Source: Octopus sinensis (taxonomy: Eukaryota). From it: 64,000 bases of DNA. Below are positions 1 through 11,804 of the stretch, one piece after another. The position numbers and the translations under genes are program-made. The notes under the pieces are model-generated. The model did not search any database. It had not been told where the DNA came from and worked only from the letters and a program-made list of their open reading frames with translations. The stretch lies in NCBI RefSeq assembly GCF_006345805.1, contig NW_021824851.1, positions 18,992 through 82,991 of the forward strand, written 5' to 3'. Position 1 is the first letter of the stretch; the number at the start of each line of letters is the position of its first letter.

Positions 1-56
1 TGAAAATGACCTTTTTCAATTTGTTCTTTTCCCGTCGATTTTACATTGTTTTATCA

Positions 57-65
57 ACCATATAT

Positions 66-124
<59 letters not shown>

Positions 125-199
125 ATATATATATACATACATATATATATATATATGTATATATATATGTGTGTGTGTGTCTAGAGAGAGAGAGAGAGA
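57..199. repeat. (TA)n/(TG)n/(GA)n compound microsatellite
   Basis: Direct reading; accounts for the YIYIYI ORFs. Confidence 0.95.
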
Positions 200-545
200 G
201 ATTTGTCATCGCTTCTTGTAGCCTGACATAAATCTAAGACAGCATTTTTCACTTGATTAATCTCGTTAATACTCTTCAGTAATTTACAAACTTGTGTTCA
301 ACGAAGTAGCTAAGCCTCAGGACTTCAAGTTTCTCGACATCTACGTAATTAGAGGTGAATAACCGATGACATTCAACATCCAAATATATTCCACAAAGAA
401 AGACGTTGTTTGGTCAGAGGTGTGTCTTTGGCTTGTCCTGGTGAAAGCCATTTGAGGTTAAATTAACAATCTTTATTGACAGCACGTTCGAAGAATCTTC
501 CATATGGTCTCTGCATGAAATAACAGTCAAATATCTCTCTTTTAT

Positions 546-890
546 ATAGGCGCAGGAGTGGCTGTGTGGTAAGTAGCTTGTTTACCAACCACAAGGTTCT
601 GGGTTCAGTCCCACTGCGTGACACCTTGGGCAAGTGTCTTCTACTATAGCCTCGGCCCGACCAAAGCCTTGTGAGTGGATTTGGTAGAAGGAAACTGAAA
701 GAAGCCCAGCGTATATATATATATAGGCGCAGAAGTGGCTGTGTGGTTAGTAGCTTGCTTACCAACCACATGGTTCCGGGTTCAGTCCCACTGCGTGGCA
801 CCTTGGTCAAGTGTCTTCTACTATAGCCTCGGGCTGACCAAAGCCTTGTGAGTGGATTTGGTAGACGGAAACTGAAAGAAGCCCGTCGTA

Positions 891-930
<40 letters not shown>

Positions 931-1137
931 TGTTTGTGTGTCTGTGTTTGTCCTCCTAGCATTGCTTGACAACCGATGCTGGTGTGTTTATGTCCCCGTA
1001 ACTTAGCGGTTCGGCAAAAGAGACCAATAGAATAAGTACTGGGCTTACAAAAAGAATAAGACCTGGGGTCGAGTTGCTCGATTAAAGGTGGTGCTCCAGC
1101 TCGGCCGCAGTCAAATGACTGAAACAAGTAAAAGAGT
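546..1137 (+). mobile_element. SINE family A (tRNA-derived head, CORE-like domain), 5' half duplicated
   Basis: Head TAGGCGCAGGAGTGGCTGTGTGG..GGTTCAGTCCC (A/B-box-like), CORE-like CACCTTGGGCAAGTGTCTT, tail ..GAAACAAGTAAAAGAG. Head+core occurs twice (546, 724). About 20 dispersed copies in the window. Confidence 0.85.
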
Positions 1138-1562
1138 ATTTTAAAGAAGAACAAAATACATTGTGTTTAGTAGTCCTAGATACACTATGCAGGTGAGAAA
1201 TTGGCCGTTATCAGAATATTGGGGTTAACTACATCTTTCAGTGTTTTGGGGGTTAATAAAATACCAGTCATATACTGGTGTCGATTTTGCTCTTTCCTGT
1301 ATTCTGCTTGTATAAGTTACGTTGCAATAGGAAGTTCTTAGTGAGAGTGTGTGCATGTGGCAGGGGTACTCAGAGCAAACCCCTTTTTTCTAGAAATGGA
1401 GATGGGTTGAACAAGGGGCTAGCAAATGCCTTTTCTCATAGAAATTTGATATTTTACAGGAACAATACAAGGACAGCTGAAGGTGTATTATATTCCAGAG
1501 TAAAAGGAGGAGATGCATGATAGCCAGAAAAGACTGGAAGGTCATAACTAGGTTGTCTTAGT

Positions 1563-1765
1563 AAGGTGGCGAGCTGGCAGAAATGTTAGCACGGCGGGCA
1601 AAATGCTTAGCGGTATTCCATCTGCTGTTATGTTCTGGGTTCAAATTCCGCCGAGGTCGACTTCGCCTTTCATCCTTTCGGGGTCAATAAATTAAGTACC
1701 AGTTACGCACTGGGGTCGATATAATCAACTTAATCCATTTCTCTGTCCTTGTTTGTCCCCTCTGT
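1563..1765 (+). mobile_element. SINE family C (tRNA-derived, Meta-domain-like centre)
   Basis: AAGGTGGCGAGCTGGCAGAA..GTTCAAATTCCGCCGAGGTCGACTTCGCCTTTCATCCTTTCGGGGTCAATAAATTAAGTACC; many copies in the window. Domain name is from recall. Confidence 0.75.
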
Positions 1766-2001
1766 TTCTGTCTACCAAATCCACTCACAAGGCTTTGGTC
1801 GGCCCGAGGCTATAGTAGAAGACACTTGCCGAAGGTGCCACACAGCGGGACTGAACCCAGAACCATGTGGTTGGTAAGCAAGCTACTTAGCACACAACCA
1901 CTCCTGCACCTATAGTCAATGTATTTGCTCCCTAAATCACCTGCTTTTACAATTCATAACCTTCCAAATTTTCATTCTGGACTTTGACTTAGTGTAATCA
2001 T

Positions 2002-2566
2002 CTTCATCATCATCTTCGTTTAGCGTCTGCTTTCCATGCTAGCATGGGTTGGACAGTTCAACTGGGGTCTGGGAAGCCAGAAGGCTGCACCAGGCTCCAG
2101 TCTGATCTGTTTCGACGGCTGGATGCCCTTCTAACAGCATCCACTCCATGAGTGAAATGGGTGCTTTTTACGTGCCACCAGCACGGGTGCCAGGCGAGGC
2201 TGGCAAACGGCCACGATCAGACGGTGCTTTTTACGTGCCACCGGCACGGGGGCTAGGCGAGGTTGGCGAACGGCCACAATCAGACGGTGCTTTTTACGTG
2301 CCACTGGCACGGGGGCCAGGCGAGGCTGGCAAACGGCCACGATCAGATGGTGCTTTTTACGTGCCACCGGCACGGGGGCTAGGCGAGGCTGGCAAACGGC
2401 CACAATCGGATGTTGCTTTTTACGTGCCACCAGCACGAGGCCAGTCGGGGCGGCGCTGGCAACGGCTACGTTCGGGTGGTTCTCTTACGTACCGCCGGCA
2501 CTGGTATCACAGCTGCAATTTCCATTGATGTTGATCGATTTCGATTTTCACTTGCCTCAAGCCAGC
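2002..2566 (-). mobile_element. 5'-truncated RTE LINE 3' UTR copy (family B) with ~62-bp internal tandem units
   Basis: Reverse complement ends in CATGCTAGCATGGAAAGCAGACGCTAAACGAAGATGATGATG and starts with GAGGCAAGTGAAAATC, both found in the 3' UTR of the LINE at 49247-51263. Confidence 0.8.
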
Positions 2567-3099
2567 AGCCTCCAGTTCTGTAGTTCTAAACTCCATAGAT
2601 TACAGAATTACAGACTAAACTTTTCTTCATCTCATCTTAATATTAACTTCATCAAAGCAATCAATTCTTCTCATCTTCAATCCTCGTTAATTTTTATCAT
2701 TCATCTTTGTTATTGTCAATATTGTCATTATTGTGATAACGAAATATTTAATTAGAAGCATTGTTTGCATGGAGTGTCAATTTACAGTGATAAACGAGCC
2801 TTAATGCTCCGACTTCATTAATTATTTGATTAACCTCCTGTCCTTAATTATCTTACAATTCCATATTAAGGCGGGAGGGGGTGAAAGCTTTTGGTGTAAA
2901 CATCAAATAGATATGTAACAATGAAGAAATGCATAATAAGAATGACATGTGACACAGAGGGCAGGGGAGATGTGCCACATTGGCATGTCACAGCAATGTG
3001 TCACAGCAATGTGCCACAACAGTGTGTCACTGTGAACGGAGGTTTCAAATTGATGAGATATATCAGAGTAGACTCTGCTAAAGGCCCAAGTGGTTAAGT

Positions 3100-3860
3100 T
3101 AAGTTAATTTTTTGGCTCAAAAAGCAAAAAGCAAGGCCATGTAGGGGGACATGGAGTTGTGTACAGGGTGGTGTTCATGCAAAGAGTTCAGGCCATTTCT
3201 GGTCAAGAGACACTTTGAACCGAGTAGTCGTCGGCATCTTCACTATCTCGTCCGGCAGCTTATTCCACGGATCCGCAACCCGGATAGAGAAAGCCCCTCT
3301 CCTTCGATTGAGATGAAATTGTTGCAGATAGAGCTTTTCGGAGTGACCCTGCAGCCAACGCACTGGAGCAGGAGTGAAGAACAGCTCTTTCGAGAGGTTA
3401 CACTTTCTACTTATGATGTTGTGAGGCCATGTAGGGGAATAGGGAGTTATGTATGGGGAAGGTGGTCATACAAAGAGTTCAGGCCATTTCTGGTCAAGAG
3501 AGACTTTGAACTGAGCAGTCGTCAGCATCTTCACTATCTCGTCCGGCAGCTTATTCCACGGATCCGCAACCCGGACGGAGAAAGTTCCTCTCCTTCGATT
3601 GAGATGAAATCGTCGCAGATAGAGCTTTTCGGAGTGACCCCGCAGCCGACGCACTGGAGCAGGAGTGAAGAACAGCTCTTTCGAGAGGTTACACTTTCCG
3701 CTTATCATGTTGTGAGCAAGAATGAGATCACCACGGCATTGTCGTTTTTCTAGAGAATAAAGGTCGAGCGTCTTCAGCCTTTCTTCATAAGACAAATGCT
3801 TGAGACCAAGAACCATGCGGGTAACCAGCTTCTGAACTCTTTCGAGATGATGTATGTCTT
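3100..3860 (-). mobile_element. CR1-clade LINE 3' fragment (RT C-terminus + tail), last ~290 bp tandemly duplicated
   Basis: ORF 3466-3816 LKHLSYEERLKTLDLYSLEKR..RGDLI..LRGHSEKL..FSVRVADPWNKLPDEIV is a typical CR1 C-terminus. AGGCCATGTAGGGG recurs at 3134 and 3424. Confidence 0.85.
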
Positions 3861-4408
3861 TGAGGAGAAACCAGGATATGGATGAAGTCTATGCTCGATC
3901 AGGGTTGACCTGGGGTTAAATAGCCATAAGGCTTGTCTTTGAGACACAACAAGAACAACAGATAAAGGTTGAAAGGGGTGGGGAAGAACTCATTTTTTTC
4001 AGAATCCTTTTGAAAGAGATGACATTCCAGCTATTTGAAAGAGAAAATGAAAAATATTTTAAAACCAAAAACAGAAACGATATAGAGAAGAAAGAAAAGG
4101 GGAAACAAGGGATCTTTTCGGTTTGAACGGCAGTTAGTAACAAGACCCTTACCATATTTTTTTTGAGCGTCACCCTCTTTGATTTCAAAAAATTTTGAAA
4201 ATAAAGGATTTACTAAAACATCTCGGTCATTACTAAGCTGGTAACTGGGACGTAAATTAACATGGAATTTTAAAAGGAAATTTTTATTTAGATCATTTTA
4301 TAAAGTTTGTATCATAGGTATGGGGGTGGCATTAGGTGGGTGGGTATCAAAAGGGTTCAAGAAGAAAATATTGTCTCCTTGTTTTAACATAAAAGTTGTT
4401 TTTCTTGG

Positions 4409-4805
4409 TAGGAGTGGCTGTGTGGTAAGTAGCTTGCTAACCAACCACATGGTTCCGGGTTCAGTCCCACTGCGTGGCATCTTGGGCAAGTGTCATCTAC
4501 TATAGCCTCGGGCCGACCAATGCCTTGAGAGTGGATTTGGTAGACGGAAACTGAAAGAAGCCTGACGTATATATGTATATATATATATGTGTGTGTGTGT
4601 TTGTGTGTCTGTTTGTCCCCCTAGCATTGCTTGACAACCGATGCTGGTGTGTTTACGTCCCCGTCACTTAGCGGTTCGGCAAAAAGAGACCGATAGAATA
4701 AGTACTGGGCTTACAAAAGAATAAGTCCCAGGGTCGATTTGCTCGACTAAAGGCGGTGCTCCAGCATGGCCGCAGTCAAATGACTGAAACAAGTAAAAGA
4801 GAGAG
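4409..4805 (+). mobile_element. SINE family A
   Basis: Full head, core and tail as at 724-1137. Confidence 0.9.
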
Positions 4806-5222
4806 AGAGAGTAGATTCTAGTAATAGCCTAGTCTTCCATACACACAGACACACACACACATCCAACCATCCATCTGTCCTATTTTGGTTGAGTCAACCT
4901 CTTGTTCCTCTGAGTTTCATCTACAGATAACACAGGATCTTCAGTCAAGTTATGACTCAACGTGCCTGAAGATCCTGTACACCCACAGCTGAAACCCAGT
5001 GTTCCAAGAGACTGACTCATCCGAAATAAAAACATTAATCATCTCTACTACTCTTTTTTAGTTTCCAACAGTTAACACTAAACGTGTGTGTGTGTGTAGA
5101 GAGAGAGAGAGGGGTGTTTCTAATTAAAGTTTAGATAGACTTTAAAATGTGTATATATATATATATATATATGAAAAAACAAGTCAAAATAGAAAATGCT
5201 AAAATAATTTTATAGTGAACAT

Positions 5223-5265
5223 TTCAGTACCGGTTTCGGTCATTTTGAGACCTTTTCAACTGTAA
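5223..5265 (-). ncRNA. Minimal type-I hammerhead ribozyme-like motif, U3-A8 core variant
   Basis: Minus strand TTACAG-TTGAAAA-GGTC(TCAAAAT)GACC-GAAA-CCGG-TA-CTGAAA: stem I CAG/CUG, perfect 4-bp stem II, palindromic stem III ACCGGU, GUA cleavage triplet. Confidence 0.6.
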
Positions 5266-5495
5266 CGATTAAATAATTAAATTTAGAAAAATTAGAAGAA
5301 AAGTTTTTTTAAAGGAATATTTCTATAGTAGTGTTCAGATATAAGTGGCATTCTGCCTTTCTCTGACTCCCTTGTTTGCACTTGGTATATATATATACCA
5401 GAGTAAACACATAAATGTGAAACAAGGTGGAAAAAAGAGTACTCAAATACCAGTGGTAGAGTAATATGCTTTATTTAAAGCAGCAGAAAATTCAA

Positions 5496-5545
5496 CAAAA
5501 TCTGTTACTCTGAGTTTCTCGTTGCCGTTCATCAGACAGTTTTTG
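5496..5545 (-). ncRNA. Minimal type-I hammerhead ribozyme-like motif, canonical CUGAUGA core
   Basis: Minus strand CAAAA-A-CTGT-CTGATGA-ACG(GCAA)CGA-GAAA-CTCAGAG-TA-ACAG-A-TTTTG: stem I 4+5 bp, GNRA-capped stem II (A-A mismatch at base), near-palindromic stem III ACUCAGAGU. Confidence 0.7.
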
Positions 5546-5683
5546 CTAGAATGGAACTGATATATCAATTCCATCCAGACTCTTACAAACGCTACACCTT
5601 TAAAAAAAATGGACTTGTTTGATTGGCCCTTTAGAAATAACGGTCAATCTTCGAGCGATAAACAAAAAATGAGCTCAAAAATG

Positions 5684-5737
<54 letters not shown>

Positions 5738-5961
5738 CACACAAGATAATGGTGTCATTGAGACCCAAAGGTGTCAGGTAATGCTGAATAAGTGCTATGG
5801 ATAGATCATAGTTAAGTTCCAGATTCTGTAATATTGCGAATAAAGGGGTCAACGTTGGTTCTATGTCAGCGTGTGTATATATGAATTTCTTGTGTAATGA
5901 GATACAAAAACCAAGGCTGTATAGATATAACAGCATTTACAGATAGGTCTTATATATATAT

Positions 5962-6375
5962 ATAGGCACAGGAGTGGCTGTGTGGTAAGTAGCTTGCTTA
6001 CCAACCACATGGTTCCAGGTTCAGTCCCACTGCGTGGCACCTTGGGCAGGAGTTTTCTACTATAACCTCGGGCTGACCAAAGCCTTGTGAGTTGATTTGG
6101 TAGACAGAAACTGAAAGAAGCCCATTGTACATATGTGTGTGTGTGTGTGTGTATATAATATATATATATATATGTGTGTCAGTGTTTGTTCCCCCAACAT
6201 CGCTTGACAACCAATGCTGGTGTGTTTATGTCACCGTAACTTAGCGGTTCGACAAAAGCAACCGATAGAATATGTACTAGGCTTACAAAAGAATAAGTCC
6301 TGGGGTCGATTTGCTCGATTAAAAGGTGGTGCTCCAGCATGGCCACAGTCAAATGACTGAAACAAGTAAAAGAGT
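5962..6375 (+). mobile_element. SINE family A
   Basis: Full-length copy. Confidence 0.9.
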
Positions 6376-6726
6376 AAATAGTAAGTTACGGAGGCTTATA
6401 TACACACACACACACACGACGGGCTTCTTCTATTTTTTTTGCCTGCCAAATCCACGCACAAGGATTTAGTCAGCCAAGGGCTATAGCCGAAGACCAAGGC
6501 CCCAGACAATGGCACTAAACTAGGAACCTTTTGGTTGAGAAGCAATCTTCTTTATTTCATTAAATTTGCCACAAGGGCAGCACACAGAGTAAGGAAGCTT
6601 GCGGGCTGGACACAGACATTAATGGGATGAATGATAATGATGCAAGGATGATAAAGATGGGAGAAGCCGAAAAGGGCCCACCGACTTTCGCTTCTCTAAA
6701 ACATACTCTCTCTCTATTTTTTTTTT

Positions 6727-7139
6727 CTCTCTTTTTAGTTGTTTCAGTCATTTGACTGCGGCCATGCTGGAGCACCGCCTTTAATCAAGCAACTCGACCC
6801 CGGGACTTATTCTTTTTGTAAGCCCAGTACTTATTCTATCGGTCTCTTTTGCTGAACCGCTAAGTGACGGGAACCTAAACACACCAGCATTGGTTGTCAA
6901 GCAATGCTAGGGGGACAAACACAGACACACAAACATATACACACACACACACATACATATATATACATATATACGACAGGCTTCTTTCAGTTTCCGTCTA
7001 CCAAATCCACTCTCAAGGCTTTGGTCGGCCCGAGGCTATAGCAGAAGACACTTGGCCAAGGTGCCATGCAGTGGGACTGAACCCAGAACCATGTGGTTGG
7101 TAGGCAAGCTACTTACCACACAGCCACTCCTGCGCCTAT
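6727..7139 (-). mobile_element. SINE family A
   Basis: Full-length copy, inverted relative to 5962-6375. Confidence 0.9.
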
Positions 7140-7414
7140 TGTTCTTTTTTTTTTTTTTTTTTTTTCAGCACAATAAGGCAATAAACCTCTTACATAGTTC
7201 AGAATTCGTTTTTTGCCTTTTGAAGCACAATGAGGCTATAAACCTCTTACATAGTTCAATATTGAAAAAAAAGCACACACACACAAGGCAATAATCCTCT
7301 CACTTTCTAAAAAAATTTTGTAGACTCTTTTTGAGTCCAAACGTCCAACACTTCAAGTTACAAACTTAATGTTATGTCCCAGTTACCAGCTTAGTAATGA
7401 CTAAGATGTTTTAG

Positions 7415-7520
7415 TACCGTAAATCCTCGAGTATAGTCCACCCTTGAGTATAATACGCAGGGGATTTTTAGGGGGCTGTACCTCTGAAAAACTTAAACCT
7501 TGTGTATAATATGCACCCCT
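7415..7520 (+). mobile_element. Tc1/mariner-superfamily (pogo/Tc2-like) transposon terminus
   Basis: TA+CCGTAAATCCTCGAGTATAGTCC with internal GAGTATAATACGCA / GTGTATAATATGCA subterminal repeats; the other end was not found. Confidence 0.45.
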
Positions 7521-7660
7521 TCTCTAACTTGAGTCAAGGAGGTCTATATAACGTCCTTGGTTTCTAAAAATGTATACAGTAACGTCCGACCAGGCTCCTC
7601 CCTTCATCAAAGCATCTATTCGGTTCCAAGCCAACTTCTTACCACACAGCCATCCCTGCA

Positions 7661-7813
7661 CCTTTAGAGAGAAGGAGAGAGAGAGAGATAAGGGGTAGTG
7701 AAGGCAATCTATCTAGGGAGATTGCCTTCACTACGGCTAAGGAGCCCTTTCTACCCCTTATCTCTCTCTCTCTCTCTTCCCTCTAAAGGTTATCTATCTA
7801 GGGAGATAACCTT
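7661..7813. other. Branched inverted-repeat structure with two hairpins sharing loop ATCTAGGG
   Basis: Outer inverted repeat 7661-7698/7751-7789; perfect 16-bp hairpin 7695-7734; perfect 10-bp hairpin 7786-7813; both loops ATCTAGGG. Confidence 0.8.
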
Positions 7814-8526
7814 ACAATAAATCACTCGGTCCGTAGCTTAGAAATACTGGGTTGACGTCCAGCGGGAACAGCTTTGTTTCATGGAGGAGGAAAGATCTTC
7901 TTTAGTACTTGGTTGTACAATGCTTTCCAATGTGTGTAGTAGTGGCGCGCGCACACATTATTAGCCATTTGAAAAGACTATGGGATTTAGTCTCGACCAC
8001 GGTCGAACGATGATGATGATGAATATCTAGGCATAGGCAGGTCTAATATCCGTTTCATGAATGCAGACAATTAGATGTGAAGAGAAATGAGTCTCGTTTC
8101 CTGTCTCCTAGACTGAATACTGAAATGATATTAAGTCCCATTACTGGTTGTCGCTGTGGTTGTGTGACTAAAATATCAGGACAAGACATTTGTGGAAAAT
8201 ATATGGGTGACATTAATAACAATAGATAATATGCTGTTTGCTGTCATGTTAACCATTCTTCCACCTGGGCTATCATCCGACCTGCTTAAAATAGCTGTCA
8301 GTTTTTCATAAATCATACCCTACTCTCTTCCAAGGAGAGGAAAGACAATGTTTGAGCATGTGATTCTGTTCGGATTGTGCTTGGAGTACAAGATGGGATG
8401 GTCACAATTGGGTTGTTTTGGATTTACAGGTCTGCTAGATGAGAGATTTTAGTGTGGCAGGTAGCAACAACAGCACAGTGACACATGCTCCACTGATTCT
8501 AAAAAAAAAAAAAAGAAAAAGAAAAA

Positions 8527-9280
8527 GTGGTGAGCTGGCAGAATCCTTAGCACGCCGGGTGAAATGCGTAGCCGTATTTCGTCTGTCGTCACGTTCTGAG
8601 TTCAAATTCCGCTGAGGTTGACTTTGCCTTTCATCCTTTCGGGGTCGATTAAATAAAGTACCAGTTACACACTGGGGTCGATATAATCGGCTTAATCCGT
8701 TTGTCTCCTCTGTATTTTAGCCCCTTGTGGGTAATAAAGAAATAGGTATTTCGTCTGCCACTATATTCTGAGTTCAAATTCCGCTGAAGTCGACTTTGCT
8801 TTTCATCCTTTCGGGGTAGATTGAATAAGTACCAGTTACGCACTGGGGTCGATATAATCGGCTTATTCCGTTTGTCTGTCCTCTCTGTATTTAGCCCCTT
8901 GTAGGTAGTAAAGAAATAGGTATTTCATCTGCCGTTACGTTCTGAGTTCAAATTCCGCGGAGATCGACTTTGCCTTTCATCCTTTCTGAGTTGATTAAAT
9001 AAGTACCAGTTATGCACTGGGGTCGATATAATCGACTTAATCCCTTTGTGTGTCCTCTCTGTGTTTAGCCCCTTGTGGGTAGTAAAGAAATTAGTATTTA
9101 GTCTGCCACTACGTTCTGAGTTCAAATTCCGCCGAGGTCGACTTTGCCTTTCATCCTTTTGGAGTCGATTGAATAAGTACCAGTTACGCACTGGGGTGGA
9201 TATAATTGATTTAATCCGTCTGTCTGTCCTTGTTTGTCCCCTCAGTGTTTAGCCCCTTGTGGGTAGTAAAGGAATAGGTA
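8527..9280 (+). mobile_element. SINE family C with four tandem ~177-bp body units
   Basis: Unit TATTTCGTCTGCC..TAGTAAAGAAATAGG recurs at about 8575, 8746, 8921 and 9097. Confidence 0.85.
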
Positions 9281-9290
9281 GCATTAAGTG

Positions 9291-9478
9291 GAGGCGCAAT
9301 GGCCCAGTGGTTAGGGCAGCAGACTCGTGGTCGTAAGAACGCAGTTTCGATTCCCAGACTGGGCATTGTGAGTGTTTATTGAGCAAAAACACCTAAGCTC
9401 CACAGGGCTCCAGCGGGGAGGGGTGGTGAACCCCGCTGTCCTCTTTCACCACAACTTTCTCTCACTCTTTCTTCCTAC
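9291..9478 (+). mobile_element. SINE family D (tRNA-derived)
   Basis: GAGGCGCAATGGCCCAGTGGTTAGGGCAGC..GTTTCGATTCCC A/B boxes; other copies at 23243, 37086, 61862. Confidence 0.8.
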
Positions 9479-9775
9479 TTCTGCCACAAAGCAGAGGAAC
9501 TATAGCGTAACCCCCTATGGTGTGGTAAACTTTCAGACCCTAGTCTAGATTGCGAATCCTCTATACCCCAGGATGGTTCAGCTCTCCACCCGTTAAAAGC
9601 CAACTTTTACGGAATGAGGATAACAACGTAGCTTTCACGCCCGTGCAACCGCCAGTCTATCGCATGTGGTGGGTGGATCTTCAAGTTGCCGCACACACTC
9701 TTAGTAGCTTAGAGTAGGCTCGAATTAGAGATTATTCTTTGTGGCTAATGGCGTGAGTGCTGATTGGAAGAAGAA

Positions 9776-9806
<31 letters not shown>

Positions 9807-10009
9807 GAGAAGAAAAAGAGGAAGAAGTCAGCAGCATCAACAGTTGCATATGAAGGTGAGAAGCTAAGAGTTGTGGAGTGTGAAGAATAAACTACAATAC
9901 ATATGTAGACACATAGATGTATGTGTGTGGGATTATAGGGTTATAGATCCATTGCAGCTGATCTTATTACTCACTGGTTTTGCACCAGATATTAGGTAAC
10001 TGTGCTATT

Positions 10010-10708
10010 ATCTAATGCATGTGCTCTTCAAGGATGGCAAGTATGGAATAAATTTTTGGCCTTGGGATTTATTGATGGACATTGCGAAGCAGAGTTTAAC
10101 AGGAAACAGAACGCCTGAAGTGGATTGGTAGGTCAGCGCACAACGGTTGAAGGTGCATGCGTGGAATGAAGACGTCCTCTCCCTTCCCACAACTGGTAAG
10201 TATTGTGGCCGTTATTAAATGTGGTGGCAAATGTTTCACAACCAGATGTGCCGTTGCACTGTTTAGGTGGAACCAAATTCCTGATGAGCATAATGGGTGC
10301 ACCGACTTTTAACTTCAGGATCTGTGGCGGCAGGCCTGGCGGTTCAAGTGAATTCAGGAATTCAACAGGATAATCGGCAAGCTCGGCGGGGTCTACTGTC
10401 CTATCAATAGATTTGTAGACGTGGACATCACCAGGAATAGCTTCAAGTAGCTGGATATTGATGGAGTTGAGAGTTAAAAAGGTCGAGTTGCGTCCCCTAG
10501 ACAGTCTGTGGTTTGTGTTTCTGATTCTCGATTCCATGTTGAATTTATCGATTTTTTTCAGAACTGGGGAAACTTTTCAAAATTTTCGCTGCGTTAGTTT
10601 TGAATTATGACATTGGGCTATGTGTGTGTCAAGTTTCATCAGAATCAGTTGAAAGCCGTGGTCAGGGTGAGGGTACAACCTGACAGACACACAGACAGAC
10701 AAACTGCC

Positions 10709-10740
<32 letters not shown>
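10010..10740 (-). mobile_element. Helitron remnant: 5' end plus degraded PIF1-like helicase C-terminal fragment
   Basis: Minus-strand peptides YPVEFLNSLEPPGLPPQILKLKVGAPIMLIRNL..CNGT, GEDVFIPR and FPVKLCFAMSINKSQGQ in shifted frames match Helitron helicase motifs. The upstream (TA)n-AAACGGCAGTTTGTCTGTCTGTG resembles Helitron 5' ends. Confidence 0.8.
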
Positions 10741-10742
<2 letters not shown>

Positions 10743-10784
10743 ATATATATATATATATATATGAAGATGATAATGATGAAATGA

Positions 10785-11098
10785 AAGTGAAAATCCGAAG
10801 GAGCAATATCTGGTGAATGTGGAGGGTGGGGTAACACATCCCAGCCGAGCTGCAGCAATTTTTGTCTGGTTCCCAAAGCATCAAGTGCCGAAAATGAACT
10901 TTCTTATCTTCCATTTTAAAGGGTTACAGAATTAACACAGGTTATAGGAACATAAACCTTCTTCCACACAAAGATAGCTTAAACTGTGCTCTAAATTGAG
11001 GTGTAGTCAAATCCTATTTTATGGACTCAATCATGTTCTAAAATAAGTCGAAAAGTAAGCTGCTATAAATTGGCACAAACTTTCCGGACAACCCAATA
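10785..11098 (-). mobile_element. Internally deleted mariner remnant
   Basis: TRQKLLQLGWDVLPHPPHSPDIAPSDFH (mariner YSPDLAPSD motif) and TIR-like TA+TTGGGTTGTCCGGAAAGTTTGTGCC at 11098. Confidence 0.75.
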
Positions 11099-11179
11099 TA
11101 TATATATATATCATAGAAATATTAACCTATCGTTACTTATGAAGAGAATAGATGGAAAGGAAGTACAAGGTTATATAAT

Positions 11180-11418
11180 TATATATTTCTTTACCACCCA
11201 CAAGGGGCTAAACACAGAGGGGACAAACAAGGACAGACAAAGGGATTAAGTCGATTACATCGACCCCCAGTTGGTAACTGGTACTTAATTTATCGACCCC
11301 GAAAGGATGAAAGGCAAAGTCGACCTTGGCGGAATTTGAACTCATAACGTAACGACAGACGAAATAGCGCTAAGCACTTCGCCCGGCGTGCTAACGTTTC
11401 TGCCAGCTCGCCGCCTTC
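11180..11418 (-). mobile_element. SINE family C
   Basis: Full copy, reverse orientation. Confidence 0.85.
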
Positions 11419-11804
11419 GGGTTATATATATATATATATACACACACACACATTCACCAGAGCTGATGTCTCTCCAATTGGTGAAACCCCTTTCGTCACA
11501 CTCTACCCAACACTATTTTAGGTTGATCTTACTTGTCTCATGCCTTTTAGACCCCTCACTAGAATTTGGTGAATTGTGGAGAGCTGGAGCAAATGATGCT
11601 GGTTGTCCGAACCAGCATCCGTACATTTCTCTCCATCCAATGCCATGAATCGTTGCAGTTTTTATTGGCCCTGAAATAAATCAAAGGCCAAATTGACCAT
11701 GGTGGGATTTGAACTCAGATTGCAGAGAATCCGAACGAATACCACAAGGCATTCAGTTTGACTTCCTTAATGACCCTTTTACTTCAACACCATTTTATAT
11801 TTCT

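Noticed and set aside
225-285. Minus-strand CTGAAGA..GAAA
   Set aside because: Stem I and the base of stem II do not pair.
2760-2900. TAAT-rich stretch suggestive of a homeodomain enhancer
   Set aside because: Expected by chance in AT-rich DNA; no conservation data.
4932-5000. 13-bp inverted repeat with CTGAAGA..GAAA
   Set aside because: Small hairpin only; hammerhead stem II base and stem III are absent.
9291-9365. tRNA-like heads of SINE families A, C, D and F
   Set aside because: A/B boxes are present but there is no complete cloverleaf and each continues into a SINE body; not tRNA genes.
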